Assembly (NCBI GenBank): GCA_964344785.1
Contig: CAYFOR010000003.1
Span: 1 to 61,416 of the forward strand
Length of the DNA stretch: 61,416 nucleotides
Source: an uncultured Piscirickettsiaceae bacterium
GTDB lineage: Bacteria > Pseudomonadota > Gammaproteobacteria > GCF-002020875
Direction: 5' to 3'
A program made the translations under genes and the position numbers. A model generated the notes under the pieces. That model did not search any database and was not told the DNA's origin. It saw only the letters and a program-made list of their open reading frames with translations. Below are positions 53,637-61,416 of the stretch, piece after piece (positions within the stretch are counted from its first letter, which is position 1; the number at the start of each line of letters is the position of its first letter).

Positions 53637-55379
53637 CTATGATACCGCTCCGACCATCTCGATGACCAGTTGCAGACTCTCCCGCCCCTGCCAACGGTTG
53701 ATATCGAGCCGATAGACCGCCTCTACCTGTCCACCCAGTGCAGGCAGACTGCTCTCTCCCTGATGAAAGGCGATGGCATCGTAAACTGCCCCGGAGGCCT
53801 CATCACGCAGTCGAAGCTTCAGGTGAGACTCCCCCACAATACGCCGCTGCTCCAGAACAAAACGGTCATGAAAGCTGGGCTCGGGAAACCCCTGTCCCCA
53901 GGGGCCAGCCTGTCGCACCGCCGCTGCCATTTCGATGGTACGTTCTGTACTACTCAATCCACCATCGGTGTGGACCACCACCTCCAGCATCTCCTCATCA
54001 ACCATCCGCGCCAGCTGCTGCTGACAGGCACGGCAAAACTGTTGAAAATCACGCTCTGCAATGGAGAGCCCTGCAGCCATCGCATGCCCCCCAAACTTGC
54101 CGATCAGTCCCGGGTGCTCTCTCGCCACTGCTGCCAGCAGATCGCGCATATGAAGCCCTTTGATCGAGCGCGCCGACCCCTTCAGCATCCCCTCTTCCCC
54201 CTGTGCAAAAACCACTGTCGGGCGATGAAACTGTTCCTTGAGGCGACCCGCAACAATGCCGACTACCCCTTCATGCCAGTGCGGTTGATAGAGAATAATA
54301 CCGTGTTCGACAGTGTCGGCCTCGATATGAAGTTCCGCAACAATCTGCTCGGCCTCCTGCCGCATCTCGCCCTCCACTTCACGCCGTTCACGATTGATCC
54401 GATCAAGCTGCTGTGCCATTGTGGTTGCCTCGGCATCACGCTGTGCAATGAGGCACTCGATTCCCGTCCCCATCTGCGCCATCCGTCCGGCGGCATTGAT
54501 CCGTGGACCGACCGCAAAACCGAAGTCAGAGGCGGTAACCCGCTCCAGCTCTCGCCCGGATACCTGCAGCAGTGCAGCCACCCCCGGTGTACAGAGGCCA
54601 CGCCGAACCCGTTCCAGCCCCTGTTGCACCAGAATGCGGTTATTCTGATCAAGCGCCACCACATCGGCCACCGTGCCGACTGCCACCAGATCGAGCAGTG
54701 TTGCCGGATTAAAGACATGCTGCAGTGCCTGTCGCACCGCACAGACCAGATAGAAGGCAACCCCTACCCCGGCCAGGTGCGCACTGTGGAAGGTCTCTCC
54801 AGGTTGATTGGGGTTCACAATCACATCGGCCTCCGGCAACTGTTCCCCTGCAAGGTGGTGATCGGTCACCACCACCTTGATCCCCTGCTTTTTTGCTGCA
54901 GCAACGCCTTCAATACTGGTAATGCCGTTATCGACGGTAATCAGCAGATCTGGCTCAAAGGCAGCGGCCATCTCCACCACCTGTGGCGAGAGACCATAAC
55001 CGTGTATCTTCCGGTCCGGCACCACATAGTGGATTTCCGCCCCCATCGCTCCAAGCCCCAGCATGCAGACTGCGCAAGCAGTGGCACCATCGGCATCATA
55101 GTCGGCCACCACCACCATCCGCTCCCCATCCCGTATGGCTGCCGCCACCAGTGCTGCCGCCTGCTCCACATTCATCAATGAAGAGATCGGCAACAGCCGT
55201 TTCAGTGAGTGATCCAACAGATCCGGGTGGGTAATGCCACGCGCCCGATAGATCCGATCCAGCAGTGGAGAGAGCCCGGAAAGCGACTTCCCGGGAGCAA
55301 CCGTTCGTTGAACAACTCTCAACGTCGGGTCAACCTGTGAAGCAGGCGCTCCAACAGGGATGGATCGCGCCAGACCCAT
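53637..55379 (-). CDS. recJ: Single-stranded-DNA-specific exonuclease RecJ
   Basis: DHH-family motifs DYDADGATA, VVTDHH and FGGHAMAAG. The start is uncertain: the ORF-track start at 55379 overlaps the upstream ORF by 61 nt, whereas a TTG at 55322 would give a 4-nt TTGA overlap. Confidence 0.9.
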   Translation of the reverse strand: MGLARSIPVGAPASQVDPTLRVVQRTVAPGKSLSGLSPLLDRIYRARGITHPDLLDHSLKRLLPISSLMNVEQAAALVAAAIRDGERMVVVADYDADGATACAVCMLGLGAMGAEIHYVVPDRKIHGYGLSPQVVEMAAAFEPDLLITVDNGITSIEGVAAAKKQGIKVVVTDHHLAGEQLPEADVIVNPNQPGETFHSAHLAGVGVAFYLVCAVRQALQHVFNPATLLDLVAVGTVADVVALDQNNRILVQQGLERVRRGLCTPGVAALLQVSGRELERVTASDFGFAVGPRINAAGRMAQMGTGIECLIAQRDAEATTMAQQLDRINRERREVEGEMRQEAEQIVAELHIEADTVEHGIILYQPHWHEGVVGIVAGRLKEQFHRPTVVFAQGEEGMLKGSARSIKGLHMRDLLAAVAREHPGLIGKFGGHAMAAGLSIAERDFQQFCRACQQQLARMVDEEMLEVVVHTDGGLSSTERTIEMAAAVRQAGPWGQGFPEPSFHDRFVLEQRRIVGESHLKLRLRDEASGAVYDAIAFHQGESSLPALGGQVEAVYRLDINRWQGRESLQLVIEMVGAVS

Positions 55380-55747
55380 ACCCCATTGATTGCCAACTGT
55401 TCAGGGTGCTGGTTGAGCGGTGCCGCATGCAACATCATCTGCGTCTCATTCAACAGTTGTTTCCAACGCAACGCCCCCTCTCCTTGTGGCATCACCCCAG
55501 CCAGATTACAGCCGGTTGCCCAGTCGATCGGTGTGGTGTGAATCTGCTCCCTGTTCGGAAAACGCAAGGACCAGCGCAGATCACTGACATGACTCAGTAC
55601 CCCCCCGGCCTCTGCAAACAGTGGTACCAGCAGCTCGATCACCTCTTGCTGTATCTCCTGTGGCACCTCACCCGGTTCAAACTGGAACAGCCGCAGCACA
55701 TCCCAGTCGGGAACCAGATGGACCGGCGCTACATGAAAGATATCCAT
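55319..55747 (-). CDS. Hypothetical protein
   Basis: 142-aa ORF with host-like codon usage between thrC and recJ. No motif I can assign confidently. Confidence 0.5.
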   Translation of the reverse strand: MDIFHVAPVHLVPDWDVLRLFQFEPGEVPQEIQQEVIELLVPLFAEAGGVLSHVSDLRWSLRFPNREQIHTTPIDWATGCNLAGVMPQGEGALRWKQLLNETQMMLHAAPLNQHPEQLAINGVWVWRDPSLLERLLHRLTRR

Positions 55748-55807
55748 CTCTTCAAATACGGGAAAAGGCAGGAGAGCCCCTCCCCCGCCCTTCAGGCAGC
55801 CTCTGGA

Positions 55808-56884
55808 CTACATGTTGTCCAGAATCGCCCCCTTCACCTGATCGAGATTCGCATCCACGGTGATCAGCGGCCGGGTACTCTGTTTGATTGCAGTATCGGG
55901 GTCTTTCAGCCCATGCCCAGTCAGGGTGCAGACTACCTTGCTACCGGCTGCAATCCTGCCCGCCTTGAGATCACGCAGGGCACCGGCAAGTGAAGTGGCC
56001 GAGGCAGGTTCACAGAACACTCCCTCCTTCTCGGCCAGTAGCTTCTGTGCAGCCAGAATCTCTTCATCACTGCACTCATCAAACCAGCCACCCGACTCTT
56101 TCTGCACATTCCACGCCTTGTCCCAGCTCTGTGGATGACCAATGCGGATCGCGGTGGCGACGGTCTCCGGATGATCCACCATCTCGCCCCGCATGAAGGG
56201 AGCGGCACCTGCGGCCTGATAACCGACCATGGTGGGACGGTTTTCGACAATACCGGACTCGGCATACTCCGAATAACCCATCCAGTGGGCAGTGATGTTG
56301 CCCGCATTTCCTACCGGAAGGCAGTGGAAGTCCGGGGCAGCTCCCAACTCCTCAATGATCTCGAAAGCGGCGGTCTTCTGGCCTTGCAGACGGAACGGGT
56401 TGATGGAGTTGACGATGGTGACCGGTGCCTCTTCCCCAACATCCTTGACCAGTTGCATCCCGGCATCGAAGTTGCCCTTGATCTGGATCACCACCGCACC
56501 ATGCATCATCGCCTGCGCCAGCTTGCCCAGCGCAATCTTGCCATCGGGAATCAGTACAAAGGCAGTGATACCGGCACGCGCGGCATAGGCAGCGGCCGCA
56601 GCCGAGGTGTTACCGGTCGAGGCACAGATGATCGCCTTGCTCCCCTCTTCCACCGCCTTGGTCACTGCCATGCACATGCCACGATCCTTGAAGGAGCCAG
56701 TCGGGTTCAACCCCTCGTACTTCACATAAATGTCGGCATCAACCCCCTGGTCAGCGGGAATGTTTTGTAGCTGGATCAGCGGGGTGTTTCCCTCTCCCAG
56801 GCTGATGATCCGGGTCTCTTCACTGACTGGCAGATGATCACGGTAACGCTCAATCAATCCGGTGTAACGGGTACGGAATGTCAT
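55808..56884 (-). CDS. thrC: Threonine synthase
   Basis: 358 aa. PLP-lysine motif NPTGSFKDRG. Confidence 0.95.
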   Translation of the reverse strand: MTFRTRYTGLIERYRDHLPVSEETRIISLGEGNTPLIQLQNIPADQGVDADIYVKYEGLNPTGSFKDRGMCMAVTKAVEEGSKAIICASTGNTSAAAAAYAARAGITAFVLIPDGKIALGKLAQAMMHGAVVIQIKGNFDAGMQLVKDVGEEAPVTIVNSINPFRLQGQKTAAFEIIEELGAAPDFHCLPVGNAGNITAHWMGYSEYAESGIVENRPTMVGYQAAGAAPFMRGEMVDHPETVATAIRIGHPQSWDKAWNVQKESGGWFDECSDEEILAAQKLLAEKEGVFCEPASATSLAGALRDLKAGRIAAGSKVVCTLTGHGLKDPDTAIKQSTRPLITVDANLDQVKGAILDNM

Positions 56885-56913
56885 ATCCTTTTTTCTCCAA
56901 GTCTCAATATTTT

Positions 56914-57207
56914 CTATATTCTACCCAACCAGTATTGTGGGCGCCTGCGATGATGAGCAACCGCCAATATCTGAATGCTCTCCAAGCCGATACGATAAAG
57001 AACGGTAAAAGGAAACCTGCTCATTTGTATTTTTCTGATGGCACTTCTACCTTCCGCAGGGTATCGGTCTGGTGCCTCACACACTCTACTCATCGTGCGT
57101 TCAAAATCTATCAGGTAGCTGGCGCCTAGCCCTGGTTGCCTTGATTCAAACCAGGCAATCGATTCCAGATACTCTGCTTCTGCTGCAGGATGAAACTCAT
57201 CGTTCAT
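56914..57207 (-). CDS. RelE/ParE-family toxin
   Basis: 97 aa. ...FPFTVLYRIGLESIQILAVAHHRRRPQYWLGR is the typical ParE-like C-terminus. 4-nt overlap with the upstream antitoxin gene. Confidence 0.8.
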   Translation of the reverse strand: MNDEFHPAAEAEYLESIAWFESRQPGLGASYLIDFERTMSRVCEAPDRYPAEGRSAIRKIQMSRFPFTVLYRIGLESIQILAVAHHRRRPQYWLGRI

Positions 57208-57428
57208 CGCAGCAGTATGCGTGCTCTCTCTCTTACTTGCTCTGCAGAGATCGGGGTAACTGCTCCGGAGTCCAGCTCTTTTACTCTACGCTCAGCCTCT
57301 TTGAACCAGTCCTCTTCAATTTCATCAACAGACGGCTGGTCCAGACTCAACAGTAGTTTCTGCACCAGTTCGGCACGTTCATGCTCTGGTAACTGGATCG
57401 CCTCTTGTGCAATCTGTGCCAAATTCAT
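57204..57428 (-). CDS. Addiction-module antitoxin (small helical, TIGR02574-like)
   Basis: ATG 57428 gives MNLAQIAQEAIQLPEHERAELVQKLLLSLD...WFKEAERR. The ATG overlaps the hom TGA by 1 nt (TGATG). Confidence 0.7.
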   Translation of the reverse strand: MNLAQIAQEAIQLPEHERAELVQKLLLSLDQPSVDEIEEDWFKEAERRVKELDSGAVTPISAEQVRERARILLR

Positions 57429-58744
57429 CAGTCTAGCGTCTCCATACGAATCCGCATGACCGATCCATAGACACAATCCAGCCCTTCAATGGATGCAATG
57501 GCCTGATTCATCTGTCCTTCCAGCGTCTTGTGAGTCAGCAGTACAATCGGTACCCGGCTGGCCTCATCCTCGGTATTGTCCTTCTGCACGAAGGCCTCGA
57601 TGCTGATCCCCTGGTCACCCAGAATCTGGGTGATGTCGGCCAGCACGCCCGGCTTGTCATCCACATCCATACGGAGATAGTAGGCGGTCTCGATCTCCTC
57701 AATCGGCAGGATCGGCAGATCTTCAATCGCATCTGGCTGGAATCCAAGCGGCGGTACCCGGCTCTGTGGCTCTGCGCTCATCGCACGTACTACATCCACC
57801 ACATCGGCAACTACCGCAGAGGCGGTCGGATCATCCCCGGCGCCTGCCCCATAGTAGAGGGTCGGACCCACGGCATCCCCCATCACCAGTACCGCATTCA
57901 TTACTCCATCCACATTGGCAATCAGTTGACGCTCCGGAATCAGTGTCGGGTGTACACGAAACTCTACCCCCTGATCAGTCTTGCGCGCGATACCCAGATG
58001 CTTGACCCGATACCCCAGCTCTTCGGCATAGGCGACATCGGCAGCAGTCATTCGAGTGATCCCTTCGGTCATTGCCTTGTCAAACTGCAACGGTATCCCA
58101 AAGGCGATGGAGGCGAGAATGGTCAGCTTGTGTGCCGCATCAATCCCTTCAACATCAAAGGTGGGGTCAGCCTCGGCATAACCCAGCTCCTGCGCCTCTT
58201 TCAGCACATCGTCAAAGGCACGTCCCTTGTCCCGCATCTCACTGAGAATGAAGTTGCCGGTACCGTTAATGATGCCCGCCAGCCACTCGATACGATTGGC
58301 TGCCAGCCCCTCCCGCACTGCCTTGATGATCGGAATGCCACCGGCGACTGCCGCTTCGTAGGCGACCATCACCCCCTTCTGCTGTGCCTGCTCCAGCAAC
58401 GCATTGCCGTGGGTGGCAATCAACGCCTTGTTGGCAGTAACGACATGCTTGCCCTGCTCAATCGCCGCAGAGACCACCTCACGAGAGAAGTCGGTTCCAC
58501 CCATCAACTCCAGCACAATGTCCACATCCGGGTCATTGGCCACCTCAAACGGATCGGTAGTAAGCCGAATACCTTCGGTGCTGCATATTCTCGCCCGCTC
58601 CAGATCGCGCACAGCCGCCACGGTGACCTTGAGGTCTCGACCTGCCCTGCGACTGATCTCCGCCGCATTACGGGTTAATACATTGACACTACCGCAGCCA
58701 ACGGTACCCAGCCCCAACACACCAATCTTTACCGGATTCATCAT
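57428..58744 (-). CDS. hom: Homoserine dehydrogenase
   Basis: 438 aa. NAD-binding GVLGLGTVGCG. C-terminal ACT domain. Confidence 0.95.
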   Translation of the reverse strand: MMNPVKIGVLGLGTVGCGSVNVLTRNAAEISRRAGRDLKVTVAAVRDLERARICSTEGIRLTTDPFEVANDPDVDIVLELMGGTDFSREVVSAAIEQGKHVVTANKALIATHGNALLEQAQQKGVMVAYEAAVAGGIPIIKAVREGLAANRIEWLAGIINGTGNFILSEMRDKGRAFDDVLKEAQELGYAEADPTFDVEGIDAAHKLTILASIAFGIPLQFDKAMTEGITRMTAADVAYAEELGYRVKHLGIARKTDQGVEFRVHPTLIPERQLIANVDGVMNAVLVMGDAVGPTLYYGAGAGDDPTASAVVADVVDVVRAMSAEPQSRVPPLGFQPDAIEDLPILPIEEIETAYYLRMDVDDKPGVLADITQILGDQGISIEAFVQKDNTEDEASRVPIVLLTHKTLEGQMNQAIASIEGLDCVYGSVMRIRMETLD

Positions 58745-58762
58745 TAAATTGAACTCAACCTG

Positions 58763-59971
58763 TTAATCATTAACCAGAAAACCATCCTTGCGGAACATCT
58801 CCCGAATGCCTCGTACCGCCTGTTTGGTACGGTGCTCATTCTCAATCAGCCCAAAGCGGACGAAGGCATCTCCATACTCCCCGAAGCCAATCCCGGGGGA
58901 GACAGCGACCCTGGCCTCCTGCAGCAGCTTCTTGCTGAACTCCAGTGATCCCATCTCGCGATAGGGCTCCGGAATCGGTGCCCAGACAAACATGGTCGCC
59001 TTCGGTGGCGTCACCTGCCAGCCAACCGAGTTCAGCCCACTACAGAGGGCATCACGCCGCTTCAGGTACATGTCACAGATATCCTGCACACAATCCTGCG
59101 GCCCTTCCAGAGCCGCAATTGCGGCAACCTGAATCGGGGTGAACATGCCATAGTCGAGATAGGATTTCATCCGTGACAACGCCGCCACCAATGTGGGGTT
59201 GCCCACCATGAAGCCGACACGCCATCCGGGCATATTATAACTCTTGGATAGGGTAAAGAACTCTACCGCAACCTCCTTGGCACCCTCGACCTGCAAGATG
59301 GATGGTGATTTATAGCCGTCAAAGACGATATCGGCGTAGGCCAGATCATGGATCACCCAGATCTGATGCTCCTTGGCCAATGCCACCACCCGCTCGAAGA
59401 ACTCCAGCTCCACACAGTGGGTGGTCGGGTTGCCCGGAAAGTTGAGCACCAGCATCTTGGGTCGCGGCCAGGAGTCCTTGATCGCCTTCTCCAGCTCGAT
59501 GAAGAAGTCCTCTTCCGATTCCACCAACGGTACATGACGAATATCGGCACCGGCAATGATGAAGCCATAGGGGTGGATCGGATAGGCCGGATTGGGCACC
59601 AGTACGGTATCTCCCGGCCCCACGGTGGCCAGTGCCAAATGCGCCAGCCCCTCTTTGGAACCGATGGTGACAATGGCCTCGCTCTCCGGGTCCAGCTCTA
59701 CCTCGAAACGGTCACGATACCAGTTGGTGATGGCCCGACGAAGACGCGGAATACCTCTGGACATCGAGTAACGGTGTGTATCGTGGCGCTGTGCAACTTC
59801 AACCAGCTTGTCGACAATATGTTGCGGGGTGGGCTGATCGGGATTCCCCATACCGAAGTCGATAATGTCCTCTCCCCGCTGTCTCGCCTTTGCCTTCAAC
59901 TCGTTAACGATATTGAAGACATAGGGGGGAAGCCGTTTAATTCTCTGAAAATCCTCTATCAACTCTGTCAC
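58763..59971 (-). CDS. Class I/II PLP-dependent aminotransferase (alanine/aspartate aminotransferase family)
   Basis: 402 aa. [16 protein letters not shown]..., NFPGNPT, and PLP-lysine context [14 protein letters not shown]. Confidence 0.85.
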   Translation of the reverse strand: MTELIEDFQRIKRLPPYVFNIVNELKAKARQRGEDIIDFGMGNPDQPTPQHIVDKLVEVAQRHDTHRYSMSRGIPRLRRAITNWYRDRFEVELDPESEAIVTIGSKEGLAHLALATVGPGDTVLVPNPAYPIHPYGFIIAGADIRHVPLVESEEDFFIELEKAIKDSWPRPKMLVLNFPGNPTTHCVELEFFERVVALAKEHQIWVIHDLAYADIVFDGYKSPSILQVEGAKEVAVEFFTLSKSYNMPGWRVGFMVGNPTLVAALSRMKSYLDYGMFTPIQVAAIAALEGPQDCVQDICDMYLKRRDALCSGLNSVGWQVTPPKATMFVWAPIPEPYREMGSLEFSKKLLQEARVAVSPGIGFGEYGDAFVRFGLIENEHRTKQAVRGIREMFRKDGFLVND

Positions 59972-60043
59972 TCCGCAGACCAGCGCAAAACAGCTTCTAA
60001 GTATAGAATAGAGTCACCAAAAAGTGCGATCAATTAAACGATT

Positions 60044-60418
60044 ATGAATCTACAACAAGACGGTTTCGCTGGCGGGAACCACATCCGACGCTATAACGGT
60101 CAGGAGATCCAGATTGGCGAGCATTGGTTTCAACATAGCCTGTTGCTCAGTGCCGAGCACCTTGACCCAGCGTGGGGGCCCAGCCATGTGGACGACCTGA
60201 ACGATCAACATCTGGAGCAGATTCTGGCACTCTCACCCGAATTGACCATCCTCGGTACCGGCAAACAACGTGCGCTGTTTCACTCCCCTGAACAGCAGCG
60301 CTGGCTACACCGTATTCCCGGTATGGAGATCATGGAGACCAGTGCTGCCTGCCGTACCTATAACCTGCTGCTGGCAGAGGGCAGAAAGGTGGTAGCCGCC
60401 CTGATTCTGGAGCGCTGA
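60044..60418 (+). CDS. Mth938-like (DUF498) domain protein
   Basis: 124 aa. ...LTILGTGKQ...MEIMETSAACRTYNLLLAEGRKVVAALI. Confidence 0.7.
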   Translation: MNLQQDGFAGGNHIRRYNGQEIQIGEHWFQHSLLLSAEHLDPAWGPSHVDDLNDQHLEQILALSPELTILGTGKQRALFHSPEQQRWLHRIPGMEIMETSAACRTYNLLLAEGRKVVAALILER

Positions 60419-60433
60419 ACCATTTTCCAATCT

Positions 60434-61369
60434 TCAAGCCAACGGCAGGTGGCGGGCGATCGCACTGATCAGTTTTTCCCGATCAATCGGCTTTGAGATA
60501 AAGTCATCACACCCGGCAGCCATGAACTTTTGACGATGCTGGGTCATCACATTGGCGGTCAGCGCAATCACCGGAATCTGCTTCCCCTTCTTCCGAATCA
60601 CCTTGCAGGCCTCGACCCCATCCATAACCGGCATCTGCATATCCATCAGAATCAGATCAAACCACTCATCAAAGACCTTGTCGACCGCTTCCTGACCATT
60701 GCCGACCGTGGTCACCTTGAGGCCATATTTCTGCAGAATACGCTGGATCAGCATCTGCATCGCCGGGGTATCCTCGGCAACCAGAATGTGCCCTGAAAGT
60801 GACTGCTCGGCAATCTCGACCGGCGCTGCCTGCTCCCCCTCCACCACCACACCCTCAACCGGGCGATAGGGAAGTTGCAGCACGAAGGTTGAACCGACGC
60901 CGTACTCACTGGTAACCGCCAGGTCTCCGCCAAGCAGCTCGGCCAGATTACGTGAGATATAGAGGCCGAGACCGGTACCGCCAAAACGCCGCGAGATACT
61001 GCCATCTTCCTGCTCAAAGCGCTTGAAAAGTTTGTCGATGTTCTCCTGCTTGATACCAATCCCGGTATCTGCAACAGAAAACTGGAGCACCTTCCCTTCT
61101 ACCCGCTCTGTCGTTACCGAAACGCCTCCCCGCTCAGTAAACTTGATGGAGTTACCAACCAGGTTGATCAAGATCTGCTTGATGCGCTGCCTGTCTCCAA
61201 TCAGTATCGCCCCCTCCTGAACCAGCATATTGGATGAATAGGTGATTCCGGCCGCTTCTGCCTGTGGCTGCAGCAGATACCTCAAATCATCCAACAGAGA
61301 CGAGAGGGTAAAGGGAGCCTCTTCAACCGCAAACTTTCCAGATTCGATCTTCGACATATCGAGAATCAC
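60434..61369 (-). pseudogene. 5'-truncated hybrid sensor histidine kinase/response regulator (end of HisKA helix 2, HATPase_c and REC retained; H-box missing)
   Basis: Reading starts inside ...ILDMSKIESGKF. N/G boxes present (LVGNSIKFT, DTGIGI, GGTGLGLYIS). REC domain ILVAEDT...LILMDMQMPVMDG...KP. Only 12 unrelated codons lie upstream before an in-frame TAA at 61406-61408, and the sequence turns AT-rich from about 61380. Confidence 0.6.
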
Positions 61370-61416
61370 TGGTGTCCCAACGTTTAATCGAATAAATTCA
61401 ATTGGTTATTGATGAC

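Noticed and set aside
53670-55181. 503-aa ORF antisense to recJ
   Set aside because: This is a shadow ORF of a G+C-biased gene. Its composition is dominated by H/L/Q/P/R/C, it has no motifs and no plausible ribosome-binding context, and the opposite strand carries clear RecJ DHH motifs.
57530-58678. 382-aa ORF antisense to hom, plus similar long antisense ORFs at 28302..29357 (smc), 10271..11254 (pepN), 19479..20354 (M50 protease), 45518..46303 (pyrG) and 47617..50772 (carB)
   Set aside because: All lie fully inside strongly supported genes on the other strand and have shadow-frame composition. I treat them as artefacts of codon bias, not overlapping genes.

Overview
This 61.4-kb window reads as a gammaproteobacterial-type chromosomal backbone. 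It is densely coding, mostly minus-strand housekeeping operons, and hand-sampled lines give G+C in the upper 50s %. Recognisable conserved blocks are: an ompR/envZ-like pair, glmS, pepN, a glutaredoxin, rluB-scpB-scpA-trpS, yciO-trpH and yciB-yciI, ligA-zipA-smc, queF, dksA and gluQ, truD-ispF-ispD-ftsB-eno-kdsA-pyrG, greA-carB-carA, recJ, thrC and hom, two class-I aminotransferases and a CbbY-like HAD phosphatase. I recognised no rRNA, tRNA, CRISPR array, integrase or transposase. The unusual content falls in eight places. (1) The 5.1-9.3 kb segment directly downstream of glmS holds a HepT/MntA toxin-antitoxin pair, a decayed pepN fragment, and a lower-GC 1082-aa secreted HEXXH-X18-E protein with about 800 aa I cannot assign. 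(2) An orphan ExbB/ExbD-like proton-channel pair (52.1-53.5 kb) has no TonB/TolA partner, and its ExbD-like subunit carries an unrecognised Cys-containing periplasmic domain and a Pro/Tyr tail. (3) A ParE-type toxin-antitoxin pair is wedged, translationally coupled, between hom and thrC. (4) The ZipA homologue lacks the usual N-terminal TM anchor and instead starts with a MinD-MTS-like amphipathic peptide. (5) A small secreted Gly/Ala/Ser/Asp-rich protein has a near-consensus promoter, strongly atypical codon usage and a strong terminator. (6) A DnaA-box cluster with an AT-rich tract sits between convergent genes. (7) There are two statistically unlikely perfect inverted repeats (14 bp and 16 bp). 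(8) A hybrid histidine kinase is cut off just before its H-box at the right window edge. Functional calls rest on motifs read from the ORF translations. No database search was possible, so family names are recognition-based and several start codons are my own choices.
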